A DNA stretch of 32,000 bases from an uncultured bacterium (GTDB taxonomy: Bacteria > Margulisbacteria > WOR-1 > CAVSGV01): contig OY969425.1 in the NCBI GenBank assembly GCA_963699255.1, forward strand, positions 660,001-692,000, given 5' to 3'. Within the stretch, counting starts at the first letter, position 1; every line of letters starts with the position of its first letter. This document shows, piece after piece, positions 1-9,855 of this stretch. A program made the position numbers and the translations under genes. The notes beneath the pieces are model-generated. The model saw nothing but the letters and a program-made list of their open reading frames with translations. It searched no databases and was not told the origin of the DNA.

Positions 1-1080
1 TAAAAATGCCTCTATGAACACATCTATATTTCCGTCTATCACCTTCTGGACATCGCTTACCTCCGCGCCGGTCCTGTGGTCCTTTACCATGGTATATGGG
101 GCAAAAACATACGACCTTATCTGGTTCCCCCATCCGATCTCGCGCCTCTGCCCCCTCAGCTCTTCTATCTTTTCCTTCCTTTCCTCAAGGAGCATCTCAT
201 ATAGTTTTGCCTTCATGATCTTCATCGCGGCTTCCCTGTTCGCGTGCTGGGAGCGGTCTGACTGGCTCTGCGTCACGATACCCGTCGGAACATGGGTTAT
301 CCTTATTGCCGAGCTTACCTTATTCACGTTCTGGCCGCCGGGACCGCTTGCCCTGAAGGTATCTACGCGCAGGTCCGCCGGGTTTATCTCAACCTTGATA
401 TCTTCAGTTATTTCAGGGATCACTTCAACGGAAGCGAAAGAAGTATGGCGCTTGCCGTCAGCGTTAAACGGCGACATCCTCACGAGCCTGTGGATCCCTT
501 TTTCCGCCTTAAGATATCCGTAGGCATACAGCCCCGACACGATAACGGTGGCGCCTTTTATGCCCGCCTCTTCGCCGTAAGAAATATCCGGCATCTCAAC
601 GCCGTATCCTTTTGATTCCGCCCACCTGCCGTACATCCTGAGCAGTATCTGCGCCCAGTCCTGCGCGTCGGTGCCGCCCGCCCCGGCGTTTATCGATACT
701 ATCGCGCTGTTCTTGTCATACTCTCCCGCCATAAGGGTCATGAGCTCAAGAGAAGATATGTCGCCTGTTAGCCCCGTCAGGTCCTGGGAGAGATCTTTTT
801 CCGCCGATTCAAGTTTCTCCTCAACGGCCGTGTCTACAAGAACGGACAGGTCTTCCGCTTTTGTTCTCAGCTTTTTCCATGAAGCGACCTGATCTTCAAG
901 GGACTTCAGCTCCCGCAGCAGCTTCTGCGCTTCCTGAGCGTCCTTCCAGAGGTCGGCACCTGATGTTTTCATATGAAGCTCTTTTATCTTTGCTTCCTTG
1001 TTCTCTATATCAAGAAGCTTTGAAAGCTCGCCGACTTTTTTTTGCGCGGAATCTATTTTACTTTTTAATTCGTCCAACAT
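1..1080 (-). CDS. prfB: Peptide chain release factor 2 (RF2), 3' end cut by the window edge
   Basis: Minus-strand reading gives MLDELKSKIDSAQKKVGELSKLLDIENKEAKIKEL..., the SPF motif (VRMSPFNADGKRHTSF), GGQ motif (RASGPGGQNVNKVSSAIRITHVPTG) and typical C-terminal region (GNQIRSYVFAPYTMVKDHRTG). Open through position 1. Confidence 0.95.
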   Translation of the reverse strand, partial: MLDELKSKIDSAQKKVGELSKLLDIENKEAKIKELHMKTSGADLWKDAQEAQKLLRELKSLEDQVASWKKLRTKAEDLSVLVDTAVEEKLESAEKDLSQDLTGLTGDISSLELMTLMAGEYDKNSAIVSINAGAGGTDAQDWAQILLRMYGRWAESKGYGVEMPDISYGEEAGIKGATVIVSGLYAYGYLKAEKGIHRLVRMSPFNADGKRHTSFASVEVIPEITEDIKVEINPADLRVDTFRASGPGGQNVNKVSSAIRITHVPTGIVTQSQSDRSQHANREAAMKIMKAKLYEMLLEERKEKIEELRGQRREIGWGNQIRSYVFAPYTMVKDHRTGAEVSDVQKVIDGNIDVFIEAFL

Positions 1081-1187
1081 TTGCACATCCCGTTTCGCGG
1101 AGATAAACTCCGCTCTTCCAATCTACAAAGCAGAGCTTGCCCCGCAGAGATGCTCCGCATTCTTGCGGGGCTTGCCTCTGCGAAGCT

Positions 1188-3212
1188 TTACTTCAATACT
1201 ATTATTTTCCCTTTCCCTATCGTTCGGCCCTCGGAAGCTATCCTGAAAAGATACACGCCATTCGCGACCGTTTCCCCGAAATCGTTTTTCCCGTCCCAGT
1301 AAACCCTGTTCGTTCCCTGGTTGCCTCCGTTCGTCCCGGATGAAAAGTATTTCCTGCAGATCAAGCTGCCTGATATATCAAAAAAGTAAATATAAGTTTC
1401 GGAATTCGCGTTAAGATCGTATTTGATCATTATCGATCCCTTGTTCGGATTGAACGGGTTCGGGCCGTACTGGGCCCGCGCCATAAGCAAAGGCGAGTCG
1501 GAAGACCCGGCATGAAAGATGATCATTTTTGCTTTTGACGTGAGATCGTTCAAAGTAAGTCTTACGGTCAAGTCGCCGTCTAATCCGGTCGAATCCAGGA
1601 CAGCCAAGGTCCCGTTAAGCACCGGGGTTGTGGAAGTCTCAAGTGTTGTCCATGTTGTCGGGCTGCTGCCTCGTCCGTATTCAACCACGTATTTGCTGAA
1701 TGTTTCACCAGTCGCGCTTCCAAGTATATTGATAACCCCATAGGCGGTCCCTTTATTCGCTGGAGAAGAAATGTATCCGTAAAGCCCGCCTAGTGACGCA
1801 AAAGCATTTATGCGTCCTTTGCCAAGCTTCCCTTCGTAACCGGGATTATACGCGTCAATATTATCCGCATAATCTTCAATCCTCTGGACCACCGCTTCAG
1901 CTGATATCCCGGGATACTTCGCGATAATAAGCGCCGCCAGCCCTGAAACAAAAGGCGTTGCCATGGAAGTACCTTCAAGCCATTCATCACTTACATCATC
2001 CCCGCCATACACGCTTAGTATCCAATGAACATATTCTGTATAACTGCCGTCGCCTCCCGGGGCAGACACATCAACAGATGAACCGTAATTGGAGTAACTT
2101 GCTTTGCGATCGTACGGATCAGTTGCCGCGACCGAGAGCACATGAGCATAAGCGGCAGGATAACTGGGGCTGGAAGTGTTTTCATTTCCCGCGGCGGCCA
2201 CAAGAACGCAGTCCGCTGTTGCGGCATAGGTGATGCCTTCCAATATCGTACTGCTCGCATCCCCTCCAAAGCTCATGCTGATGACATCGGCTGATGCGCT
2301 TACCGCCCATATCAACCCATTAAAGATATCCACTTCATTCCCCGATCCGCCTGAATCAAATGACTTTATCGGGATTATCCTGCAGTGCCAGTCAACTCCG
2401 GCAACGCCTTTACCGTTATCCGAATCTGCACCTATTATGCCTGAAACATGGGTCCCGTGATAACCTCGAAGGGCGGCATCGTCCATTGGATCGCTATTCC
2501 CATAAACGAAATTGTATCCTTCCAGGGAGTCCACTCTGTTAATCAGGTCCTCGTGATTGTAATTCACTCCCGTATCAATGACCGCCACCTTTACCGAGCT
2601 CTCCCCCGTGCACATATTCCAGCCGGAATTTCCCTCCTCAGTAGGGGTAAGCCATATCTTATAAAGCCCCCACTGATTTGGGTTGCTATCCGCGCTGCCC
2701 TCACCGGAGATATACCATGGATCGTTCGGGGTATATATGTGCATGATATAATTCGGTTCGGCGAATTCGACCGAAGGATCATTTTTGTATTCCTCCACAA
2801 CCGACTTCACGTCCGTATCCTTCGGGAATTCCAGAAGGAATATCCGCGACATGTCCGGCAGCTCAACAACACGCCCGCTCCTGAGCTTTTTCAGTTTGCG
2901 CTCTTTTTTCGCGAACGATCTGATGTTGCTTATCTTATATCTGGCGTTAAGCGCTTTTATCGATCCTGGCATTATTTCAACTTTATCCAGCGAAAAAACA
3001 CCGACGCCCTTTTTGTCCTTGACCGAAACCACATCCGGCTTGAATTTGACCATCATCTGCCCGGGCACGAATTCCTCCGCAAAACAGGGGAAACTGAAGA
3101 ATAATAAACAAAGAAGAACTAGGAACCTGCGACTGAAAGTCGCGGTTCCATTATATTGATTGGAACCGAGGCTTTTAGCCTCAGGTTCCAATAGCATCGG
3201 ATCCCTGGTCAT
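1188..3212 (-). CDS. Secreted S8 (subtilisin-like) serine protease with C-terminal FlgD-Ig-like domain
   Basis: Catalytic motifs [15 protein letters not shown] (Asp), [12 protein letters not shown] (His), [13 protein letters not shown] (Ser); hydrophobic signal segment [20 protein letters not shown]; C-terminal PNPFNPNKG...[18 protein letters not shown]...[25 protein letters not shown] at 3212 overlaps the secA stop (ATGA); alternative starts at 3197 (ATG) or 3191 (TTG). Confidence 0.9.
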   Translation of the reverse strand: MTRDPMLLEPEAKSLGSNQYNGTATFSRRFLVLLCLLFFSFPCFAEEFVPGQMMVKFKPDVVSVKDKKGVGVFSLDKVEIMPGSIKALNARYKISNIRSFAKKERKLKKLRSGRVVELPDMSRIFLLEFPKDTDVKSVVEEYKNDPSVEFAEPNYIMHIYTPNDPWYISGEGSADSNPNQWGLYKIWLTPTEEGNSGWNMCTGESSVKVAVIDTGVNYNHEDLINRVDSLEGYNFVYGNSDPMDDAALRGYHGTHVSGIIGADSDNGKGVAGVDWHCRIIPIKSFDSGGSGNEVDIFNGLIWAVSASADVISMSFGGDASSTILEGITYAATADCVLVAAAGNENTSSPSYPAAYAHVLSVAATDPYDRKASYSNYGSSVDVSAPGGDGSYTEYVHWILSVYGGDDVSDEWLEGTSMATPFVSGLAALIIAKYPGISAEAVVQRIEDYADNIDAYNPGYEGKLGKGRINAFASLGGLYGYISSPANKGTAYGVINILGSATGETFSKYVVEYGRGSSPTTWTTLETSTTPVLNGTLAVLDSTGLDGDLTVRLTLNDLTSKAKMIIFHAGSSDSPLLMARAQYGPNPFNPNKGSIMIKYDLNANSETYIYFFDISGSLICRKYFSSGTNGGNQGTNRVYWDGKNDFGETVANGVYLFRIASEGRTIGKGKIIVLK

Positions 3213-5710
3213 AAATCTTTTCCGCAGCATTTTTTGTACTTCTTTCCGCTCCCGCATGGACACGGGTCGTTCCTTCCTATCTTATCGGTCTTCCTGACCG
3301 ATGATGATCTGCTCACGCGCGTCGGCTCTCCGTAAGTGACATTGCGCTTCCTCTGGAGGAGCTCCTCCTCGCCTTCCCTCACCACCTGGGCCTTGTATAT
3401 CACGCTGATGATCTCCTGCCTTGCGGCATCCATCATGTCCTGGAACATCTTGTAACCCTCTATCTTGTATTCAATGAGAGGATCCCTCTGCCCCCAGGCG
3501 CGCAGTCCTATTCCCTCGCGCAGGACATCCATGTTGTGGAGATGCTCTATCCACTTCGCGTCGATCTCCTTAAGCATAACAAGCTTCTCTATCTCACGCA
3601 TAGCATCACTGCCGACGAACTTCTCTTTTGCCTCATAAGCGTCCTTCAACATGCTTTCAAGGGCGCTCTTTATCCCGGCTCTGTCCTTATAGGCCGCAAG
3701 GCCGCTCATGTCCGCCGGCAGGAGTTCAGAAACGGCGGTCTTAAGCCCCTCGATGTCCGAAAGGGGATCTTTTTCCGGAACGAAAGCGTCCAGATAATTC
3801 TTGACCAGCTGATCGATCATCTCGAAGGCCTTTTGCTTCAGGTCCCTTCCCTCCAGGATCCTGCGCCGCAAAGCGTATATCGATTCCCTCTGCTTGTTCA
3901 TGACGTCGTCATATTCAAGGACCTGTTTCCTTATGTTAAAGTGATATTGCTCCACTTTCTTCTGCGCGTTCTCTATCGCCCTAGTTATAAGCGGATGTTC
4001 TATCGGCGTATTCTCCTCCATACCCATTCTTTCCATTATCCCGGCGATCCTGTCGCTGCCGAAAAGCTTCATCAGGTCGTCCTCAAGCGCCACATAAAAT
4101 CTGGACGAGCCCGGGTCGCCCTGACGGCCGCTTCGGCCTCTCAGCTGGTTGTCTATCCTGCGCGATTCGTGCCGCTCCGTCCCGATTATGTAAAGTCCCC
4201 CGGACTGGGCCACCCCTTCGCCAAGGACGATATCGGTGCCGCGGCCCGCCATGTTCGTTGCAATAGTGACGGCGCCCTTCTGCCCGGCTTTCGCGACGAT
4301 CTCCGCTTCCATTTCGTGATGCTTCGCGTTCAAAACGTTGTGGGGGATCCCCCGCCTTTTCAATATATCGCTTATATGTTCGGAATTCTCTATCGAGACG
4401 GTGCCGACAAGGACCGGCTGCCCGTTCTTATGGAGGCTTGCTATCTCGTCGGCGACGTTATTGAACTTTTCCTTCCTTGTCTTGTATATCACGTCATTCA
4501 GGTCTTTCCTTATCATGCGCTTGTAGGTGGGGACCTCCAGGACCTCCAGCTTGTATATTTTCCAGAACTCGCCCTCTTCGGTCTTCGCGGTCCCCGTCAT
4601 ACCGGCAAGCTTTTTGTACATCCTGAAATAATTCTGGAAAGTTATGGTTGCGAGCGTCTGGCTTTCTTCCTGGATGGTGACGTTCTCCTTGGCTTCTATC
4701 GCCTGATGAAGCCCGTCGCTGTAACGCCTGCCGATCATGAGGCGTCCGGTGAATTCATCCACTATGATCACCTCGCCGTCCTTGACGACATAATCGATGT
4801 CGCCCCTGTAAAGGTGCCACGCCTTAAGGGATTGGAGTATCTGGTGGGCTATTTCCATGTTCGCTATGTCAAAGAGGCTTTCAACTCCGAGGAATTTTTC
4901 CGCTTTCTTTGTCCCTGCTTCTGTCAGGACGGCGTTCTTCGTCTTTTCGTCAACGGTGAAATCCGCGCCTTTTGAAAGTTTTTTCGCGATATCGTTCCCC
5001 TTATAATATCCCTCCAGGCTTTCCTCCACCATTCCCGATATGATAAGAGGCGTCCTTGCTTCGTCGATCAAAATGCTGTCCACTTCGTCAACGATCGCGT
5101 AATTAACGTCCCTCTGAACGCACTGTTCTATGGTGACGGCCATGTTATCCCTTAAATAATCAAAGCCGAATTCGTTGTTGGTGCCGAAAGTAATGTCCGC
5201 GCCGTAAGCCGCTTTCCGCTCCGCATAGTCCATGTCGTGCTGGATAAGCCCGACCTCCAGGCCGAGGAACTTGTATATAGGGCCCATCCACTCGCTGTCG
5301 CGTTTCGCGAGGTAATCATTGACCGTTACTATGTGCACGCCCTTTTCTTCGAGAGCGTTAAGATATACGGGCAGTGTCGCGACAAGGGTTTTTCCTTCGC
5401 CCGTCTTCATCTCGGAGATCTTGCCCTGATGGAGTACTATGCCGCCCACAAGCTGAACGTCGAAGTGGCGAAGTCCTGTTGTCCTGACGGATGCCTCCCG
5501 AACAGCGGCAAAAGCCTCCGGAAGGATACTGTCCAGTGACTCGCCTTTTTTGAGCCTCCCTTTGAACTCGGATGTCTTGGCCTTAAGCTGTTCGTCGCTC
5601 AGAGCCTTCATTTTCGCTTCGAGGCTGTTTATCTTAAGGACGAGCGGCTGGATCTTCTCCAGTTTTTTTTCATCTGTCTCGCTCAATAAATTTATAAGCC
5701 ATTTGAACAT
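3209..5710 (-). CDS. secA: Preprotein translocase subunit SecA
   Basis: 833 aa; [51 protein letters not shown]-terminal zinc-binding [17 protein letters not shown]. Confidence 0.98.
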   Translation of the reverse strand: MFKWLINLLSETDEKKLEKIQPLVLKINSLEAKMKALSDEQLKAKTSEFKGRLKKGESLDSILPEAFAAVREASVRTTGLRHFDVQLVGGIVLHQGKISEMKTGEGKTLVATLPVYLNALEEKGVHIVTVNDYLAKRDSEWMGPIYKFLGLEVGLIQHDMDYAERKAAYGADITFGTNNEFGFDYLRDNMAVTIEQCVQRDVNYAIVDEVDSILIDEARTPLIISGMVEESLEGYYKGNDIAKKLSKGADFTVDEKTKNAVLTEAGTKKAEKFLGVESLFDIANMEIAHQILQSLKAWHLYRGDIDYVVKDGEVIIVDEFTGRLMIGRRYSDGLHQAIEAKENVTIQEESQTLATITFQNYFRMYKKLAGMTGTAKTEEGEFWKIYKLEVLEVPTYKRMIRKDLNDVIYKTRKEKFNNVADEIASLHKNGQPVLVGTVSIENSEHISDILKRRGIPHNVLNAKHHEMEAEIVAKAGQKGAVTIATNMAGRGTDIVLGEGVAQSGGLYIIGTERHESRRIDNQLRGRSGRQGDPGSSRFYVALEDDLMKLFGSDRIAGIMERMGMEENTPIEHPLITRAIENAQKKVEQYHFNIRKQVLEYDDVMNKQRESIYALRRRILEGRDLKQKAFEMIDQLVKNYLDAFVPEKDPLSDIEGLKTAVSELLPADMSGLAAYKDRAGIKSALESMLKDAYEAKEKFVGSDAMREIEKLVMLKEIDAKWIEHLHNMDVLREGIGLRAWGQRDPLIEYKIEGYKMFQDMMDAARQEIISVIYKAQVVREGEEELLQRKRNVTYGEPTRVSRSSSVRKTDKIGRNDPCPCGSGKKYKKCCGKDL

Positions 5711-5730
5711 TGTGTTTACTTCTACCTCAT

Positions 5731-5848
5731 CCCCTGCCTGCCGGTAGGCAGGCTAGCCCTTCTCCAATCAATAGGAGAAGGGAAAGGATACTATACTATA
5801 TCCTCACTTCTCCCTCTCATTCCAGGAGAGGGGTCAGGGGTGAGGAAA
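5731..5848. repeat. Cluster of three short palindromes
   Basis: CCTGCCTGCCGGTAGGCAGG; CCCTTCTCC-aatcaata-GGAGAAGGG; CCTCACTTCTCCCTCTC-attccag-GAGAGGGGTCAGGGGTGAGG. Confidence 0.75.
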
Positions 5849-5850
5849 TA

Positions 5851-5890
5851 AAAAGGGAGATAAGCGAACAAGCCCGCTTATCCCCCTTTT
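5851..5890 (-). terminator. Rho-independent terminator downstream of hpf
   Basis: Minus strand: GGGGGATAAGCGGGCTTGTTCGCTTATCTCCCTTTTT; GATAAGCG/CGCTTATC stem followed by T run. Confidence 0.75.
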
Positions 5891-5901
5891 GGATCAGAGC
5901 G

Positions 5902-6480
5902 TCACTGAAGTTCTGGTTCTATCAATCCGTAATTGCCGGTGCTTCTCCTGTAAATGGTATTGACCTCGCCGGTCTTTGAATTTAGGAACATGTAGAAGTC
6001 ATGCCCCAGAAGTTCCATTTCCTGTGAGGCCTCTTCCGGCGTGATCGGGGTCATTGCGAACCGTTTTACCTTAACGACAACGGGACCGGGGGTTTCTTTG
6101 GGTTTTATCGTTTCCGCATTGATCCCCTCAGCCATCATCTCCCTGACATGTTCCTTGGTTTTTCCGCCCTTCCTGCGAATTTCTTTAACCAGTTTTTCCT
6201 TGTGTTTTTCTATCTGCCTCTCCAGCTTGTCAAAAACCTGGTCGATGGCGGCGTACATGTCGGACGCTCCGTCGGTCGCCCTTACGATCTTTCCCGCGGT
6301 CCATACCGTGACCTCCGCGACCTGGTTCCTTAATTGATCATCGTTCTTCCTGACATCCAGTGTCACTTCGGCCTTCTGGATATTACCGAAATATTCATCA
6401 AGCTTGCCCAATTTCTTTTCGGCATAATCCCTGAGCGGAGCCGTAACATCCATACCGTGCCCTTGAACTATCACATGCAT
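5902..6480 (-). CDS. hpf: Ribosome hibernation-promoting factor / sigma54 modulation protein, long form
   Basis: MHVIVQGHGMDVTAPLRDYAEKKLGKLDEYFGNIQKAEVTLDV... and C-terminal domain (VVKVKRFAMTPITPEEASQEMELLGHDFYMFLNSKTGEVNTIYRRSTGNYGLIEP). Start with upstream AGGAGG chosen over the longer ORF in the track. Confidence 0.93.
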   Translation of the reverse strand: MHVIVQGHGMDVTAPLRDYAEKKLGKLDEYFGNIQKAEVTLDVRKNDDQLRNQVAEVTVWTAGKIVRATDGASDMYAAIDQVFDKLERQIEKHKEKLVKEIRRKGGKTKEHVREMMAEGINAETIKPKETPGPVVVKVKRFAMTPITPEEASQEMELLGHDFYMFLNSKTGEVNTIYRRSTGNYGLIEPELQ

Positions 6481-6529
6481 AAATAATCCTCCTGTCTGAA
6501 TATCTGGATAAATTATATACTGTTTTCGA

Positions 6530-7273
6530 TCAATCCTCAACCGCTCTTGCCAAAGTGAGGGCATAAATGTTCTTCGCCCCCGCTGCTTTAAGCGCTTTCG
6601 AAGCTTCACGCACGGTAGCGCCGGTCGTATAGATATCATCGATCAACAGAACGTTCTTTCCCGTCAGCGCAGACGCCTGGAAAGCGCCCCTGACGTTCTG
6701 GAGCCTTTCCTTTCTTGAGAGTTCGAACTGGGGAGTGACATCCTTTATTTTTTTAAGGGAGCGGCTGTCGAGATATATTGAACATTGCCTGGAAATTTCC
6801 TCCGCAAGCATTTTTGACTGGTTATACCCTCTTTGTTTCTCCCTCTTTGCCGACAGCGGGATCGGGATCATAAGATCGATCTCTTTCGCGGGAATGTCCC
6901 CGTATCGCAAATAAGAAACGAGGAGCTTGCCGAGAAATGAGGAGAGCGTCCTCTTTCCGTCAAATTTGAATTTATGGATCGCCTCCTTCAGCACGCCGTC
7001 GTATAACGCGACCGATCTGGCCAGGGTAAAAGGGACGCCTCCCCTGCCGCAGTCCTCGCACAGATCCCCGGCAAAGTATTTATCCCTGGGCTTTCCGCAG
7101 AGCCCGCATATCGGCGGCTTAAGGTAAACGACTTTGTTCACGCAAACATCGCAGATGATCTTCCGGCTTTTGTTCTTGCATATTACGCAGCATGGCGGGA
7201 ATATCAGGTCGATAAGATGGTCGAACGGGCTGGGCATGATGAAATTATAGCCGCTTGCTTGAAATTTTGCCAC
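6530..7273 (-). CDS. comF: ComF family protein (amidophosphoribosyltransferase-like)
   Basis: N-terminal Cys pairs (CCVICKNKSRKIICDVC, CGLCGKPRD...CEDCG) and PRPP-binding motif VLLIDDIYTTGATVREASKAL. GTG start at 7273 or ATG at 7237. Confidence 0.9.
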   Translation of the reverse strand: MAKFQASGYNFIMPSPFDHLIDLIFPPCCVICKNKSRKIICDVCVNKVVYLKPPICGLCGKPRDKYFAGDLCEDCGRGGVPFTLARSVALYDGVLKEAIHKFKFDGKRTLSSFLGKLLVSYLRYGDIPAKEIDLMIPIPLSAKREKQRGYNQSKMLAEEISRQCSIYLDSRSLKKIKDVTPQFELSRKERLQNVRGAFQASALTGKNVLLIDDIYTTGATVREASKALKAAGAKNIYALTLARAVED

Positions 7274-7293
7274 TAGTATGATATATTTTAAAC

Positions 7294-7908
7294 ATGATCT
7301 GGGATGAAATCATTCTGCTTCTCGATCAGGGAGAAGGACAACAGGTGGAGTTCGACAAAACCATCCCATCCACGGACGATATCGCAAGAGAATACGTCGC
7401 CTTTGCGAATTCCGACGGCGGCCACCTGATCCTGGGAATTGACGATAAGAACAAACACCTCATGGGAGTTGACCTGGCGGATGACTCCGTGGATAAGCTG
7501 ATGAAGATAGGAAGCGAGAAATGCGTGCCCGCAATTACCCCTCACATTGAAACAATGGAAAAAAACGGGAAAAAAGTAATAGACATAATGATAAACGAAG
7601 GCGATGAGAAGCCGTACAGGACCGACGAGATCTGCTATATAAGGGACGGCAACATCTCGCGTCCGGCAAGGGAAAGAGAAGAAGAAGAGATAAAGAGCCC
7701 GTGGGCGGGGAAAGACCTGAACAAGCGGCAAAAAAGGGCGCTGCAGTTCATAACCGAACACGGATCCATTACCAACAGGGAATACAGGGAAGCTTTCAAC
7801 GTCTCTCATAAGACAGCTCACATTGAAATGACGCTTCTTTCGGAGAAAAAACTTGTGGAGGCTCAGGGAGCGGGTCGGAACACCCACTACGTCCTTCCGC
7901 CGCAGTAA
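7294..7908 (+). CDS. AlbA_2/Schlafen AlbA-type putative DNA-binding protein with C-terminal winged-helix-like region
   Basis: QVEFDKTIPSTDDIAREYVAFANSDGGHLILGIDDKNK, followed by RQKRALQFITEHGSITNREYREAFNVSHKTAHIEMTLLSEKKLVEAQGAGRNTHYVL. Confidence 0.8.
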   Translation: MIWDEIILLLDQGEGQQVEFDKTIPSTDDIAREYVAFANSDGGHLILGIDDKNKHLMGVDLADDSVDKLMKIGSEKCVPAITPHIETMEKNGKKVIDIMINEGDEKPYRTDEICYIRDGNISRPAREREEEEIKSPWAGKDLNKRQKRALQFITEHGSITNREYREAFNVSHKTAHIEMTLLSEKKLVEAQGAGRNTHYVLPPQ

Positions 7909-7931
7909 CCGCGTTTGAGAGAACTAAAAAC

Positions 7932-7960
7932 TTGAAAACAAAATATACAAATGCTATGAT
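7932..7960 (+). promoter_or_regulatory. Candidate sigma70-type promoter for the tpiA-fba-pfp cluster
   Basis: TTGAAA-17 nt-TATGAT, about 30 nt upstream of the tpiA start. Confidence 0.55.
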
Positions 7961-7991
7961 AAACCTCGTTCCATTTGAAACTTAGATAGGA

Positions 7992-8750
7992 TTGAACAAA
8001 TTGAGAAAACCCATAATCGCCGGCAACTGGAAGATGTACAAGACCATAGTGGAATCAGTCTCAACCGCCATAGATCTGAAAGCACAGGTCTCCGGAATAT
8101 CCGACAGGGAAATAGTGATCTGCCCCGTTTTTACCTCTCTCAAATTCGTCTGCGACGCCCTGGTGAATTCCAACATCAGTGTCGGCGCCCAAGACCTTTT
8201 CTGGGAGGACAAGGGAGCGTTCACCGGGGAAATTTCCGCGCCCCAGATAAAAGACACGGGATGCGCCTATGTGATAATAGGCCATTCTGAAAGAAGGCAG
8301 TATTTCCACGAGACGAACGAAACCGTCGGCAAAAAGACCCTCTCCGCGCTTAAAGCCAGACTGATACCGATCGTTTGCGTGGGTGAAACCCTTGCCGAAA
8401 GAGAATCCGGAAAAACTTTTTCGGTCATTGAAAAGCAGATCAGGGAAGGGCTCGGCTGCCTCTCGGCGGAACAGGCGAAAATGATAGTTGTCGCTTACGA
8501 GCCGGTCTGGGCCATAGGGACCGGCAAGGTCGCCACCCCCGCACAGGCTGAAGAGGTCCATATCTGCATAAGGAAAACCGTCGCGAACATGTTCGGCCAG
8601 GACCTGGCGGACGGCATGAGGATACTTTACGGCGGGAGCGTAAAGCCGGAGAACATCGCGGTGCTCATGGAACAGAAAAATATCGACGGGGCGCTGGTCG
8701 GCGGCGCAAGCCTGGATGCAGCGTCTTTCGCGAAAATAATCAAATATTAA
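7992..8750 (+). CDS. tpiA: Triosephosphate isomerase
   Basis: PIIAGNWKMYK, VIIGHSERRQYFHE, VVAYEPVWAIGTGKVATP, RILYGGSVKPEN. TTG start. Confidence 0.97.
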   Translation: MNKLRKPIIAGNWKMYKTIVESVSTAIDLKAQVSGISDREIVICPVFTSLKFVCDALVNSNISVGAQDLFWEDKGAFTGEISAPQIKDTGCAYVIIGHSERRQYFHETNETVGKKTLSALKARLIPIVCVGETLAERESGKTFSVIEKQIREGLGCLSAEQAKMIVVAYEPVWAIGTGKVATPAQAEEVHICIRKTVANMFGQDLADGMRILYGGSVKPENIAVLMEQKNIDGALVGGASLDAASFAKIIKY

Positions 8751-8768
8751 ACAGGAAGGAGCAAAAAA

Positions 8769-9734
8769 ATGACAGCATTTAAAGATCTTGGACTGGTGAA
8801 CACAAGGGAGATGTTCAAGAAAGCCGTTGACGGTGAGTACGCGATCCCCGCCTACAATTTCAATAACATGGAGCAGCTGCAGGCGATCATGATGGCCTGC
8901 GCCGAGACAAGCTCGCCGGTCATAATCCAGGTCTCTTCGGCGCGAGAAAGTACGCGAACGCCGACAATGCTGCGCTACATGGCGCAGGGCGCGGTGGAGA
9001 TGACAAGGAAAGACCTTAAATCGAACATCCCCATATGCCTGCACCTTGACCACGGCGATACCTTTGAGCTCTGTGTCTCCTGCATAGAATACGGATTTTC
9101 ATCAGTGATGATCGACGGAAGCCACCTTCCCTATGAGGAAAATGTCGCGCTGACAAAGAAGGTCGTGGAATACGCGCACAAATATGATGTGACCGTGGAG
9201 GGAGAGCTCGGGGTGCTCGCCGGGATCGAAGACGCGGTGAAAGCCGAGAAACACACCTACACCCAGCCCGAAGAGGTCCAGGACTTTGTCAAGAAGACAG
9301 GGGTTGATTCTCTGGCTATATCAATAGGAACATCGCACGGCGCGTATAAGTTCAAGCCGGGCACAAAGCCGGAGATCAGGCTGGACATTCTTCACGTAAT
9401 AGAAAAAAGGATCCCCGGTTTCCCGATAGTCCTTCACGGCTCTTCTTCCGTACCACAGGATTTGGTGAAGCAGATCAATTCGAACGGCGGGAAACTGAAA
9501 GACGCCATCGGCATACCCGAAACCCAGCTGAGGGAAGCGGCAAAGTCCGCCGTATGCAAGATAAACATCGATTCTGACGGCCGGCTGGCCATGACCGCGG
9601 CGATAAGAAAGGTCTTTGTCGAAAAACCGGAGGAGTTCGACCCCAGGAAATATCTAGGTCCGGCGAGGGACGCGCTGAAAGAACTTTACAAGCACAAAAA
9701 TATCAATGTCCTCGGTTCCGCGGGAAAAGCTTAG
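8769..9734 (+). CDS. fba: Class II fructose-1,6-bisphosphate aldolase
   Basis: AIPAYNFNNMEQLQAIMMACAE, CLHLDHGDTFELC, VMIDGSHLPYEENV, VEGELGVLAGIEDAV. Confidence 0.95.
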   Translation: MTAFKDLGLVNTREMFKKAVDGEYAIPAYNFNNMEQLQAIMMACAETSSPVIIQVSSARESTRTPTMLRYMAQGAVEMTRKDLKSNIPICLHLDHGDTFELCVSCIEYGFSSVMIDGSHLPYEENVALTKKVVEYAHKYDVTVEGELGVLAGIEDAVKAEKHTYTQPEEVQDFVKKTGVDSLAISIGTSHGAYKFKPGTKPEIRLDILHVIEKRIPGFPIVLHGSSSVPQDLVKQINSNGGKLKDAIGIPETQLREAAKSAVCKINIDSDGRLAMTAAIRKVFVEKPEEFDPRKYLGPARDALKELYKHKNINVLGSAGKA

Positions 9735-9745
9735 GATACAAAAAA

Positions 9746-9829
9746 CGAATGTCCTAAAGTCCGAATATCCGAACAATGAAAAATACAATATAAATTCCTT
9801 GTTAGGACTTTCGGATTTCTGACATTCGG
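9746..9829. repeat. Imperfect long inverted repeat between fba and pfp
   Basis: Left CGAATGTCCTAAAGTCCGAATATCCGAACAA vs reverse complement of right arm CGAATGTCAGAAATCCGAAAGTCCTAACAA. Confidence 0.75.
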
Positions 9830-9855
9830 AATTATTTTATAAGTAAGGGAAAGAC

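Noticed and set aside
14-1343. Several plus-strand ORFs at the window start
   Set aside because: They lie antisense to prfB and the protease 3' end; prfB itself was not listed because it runs off the window.
3213-3263. Longer N-terminus of the S8 protease ([17 protein letters not shown]...)
   Set aside because: Would lie fully within the secA 3' coding region; the ATGA overlap at 3212 or downstream starts are more economical.
3536-4975. 479-aa plus-strand ORF
   Set aside because: Entirely antisense to secA; translation is low-complexity mirror of SecA codons with no family signature.
5737-5972. tRNA or structured ncRNA in the secA-hpf gap
   Set aside because: The folds are independent short palindromes and a terminator; no cloverleaf or CCA end.
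6481-6639. N-terminal extension of HPF in the ORF track
   Set aside because: Overlaps the comF 3' end and contains no HPF homology; ATG 6480 has AGGAGG upstream.
8061-9053. 330-aa ORF opposing tpiA/fba
   Set aside because: Antisense to two confidently identified genes and lacks recognisable domains.
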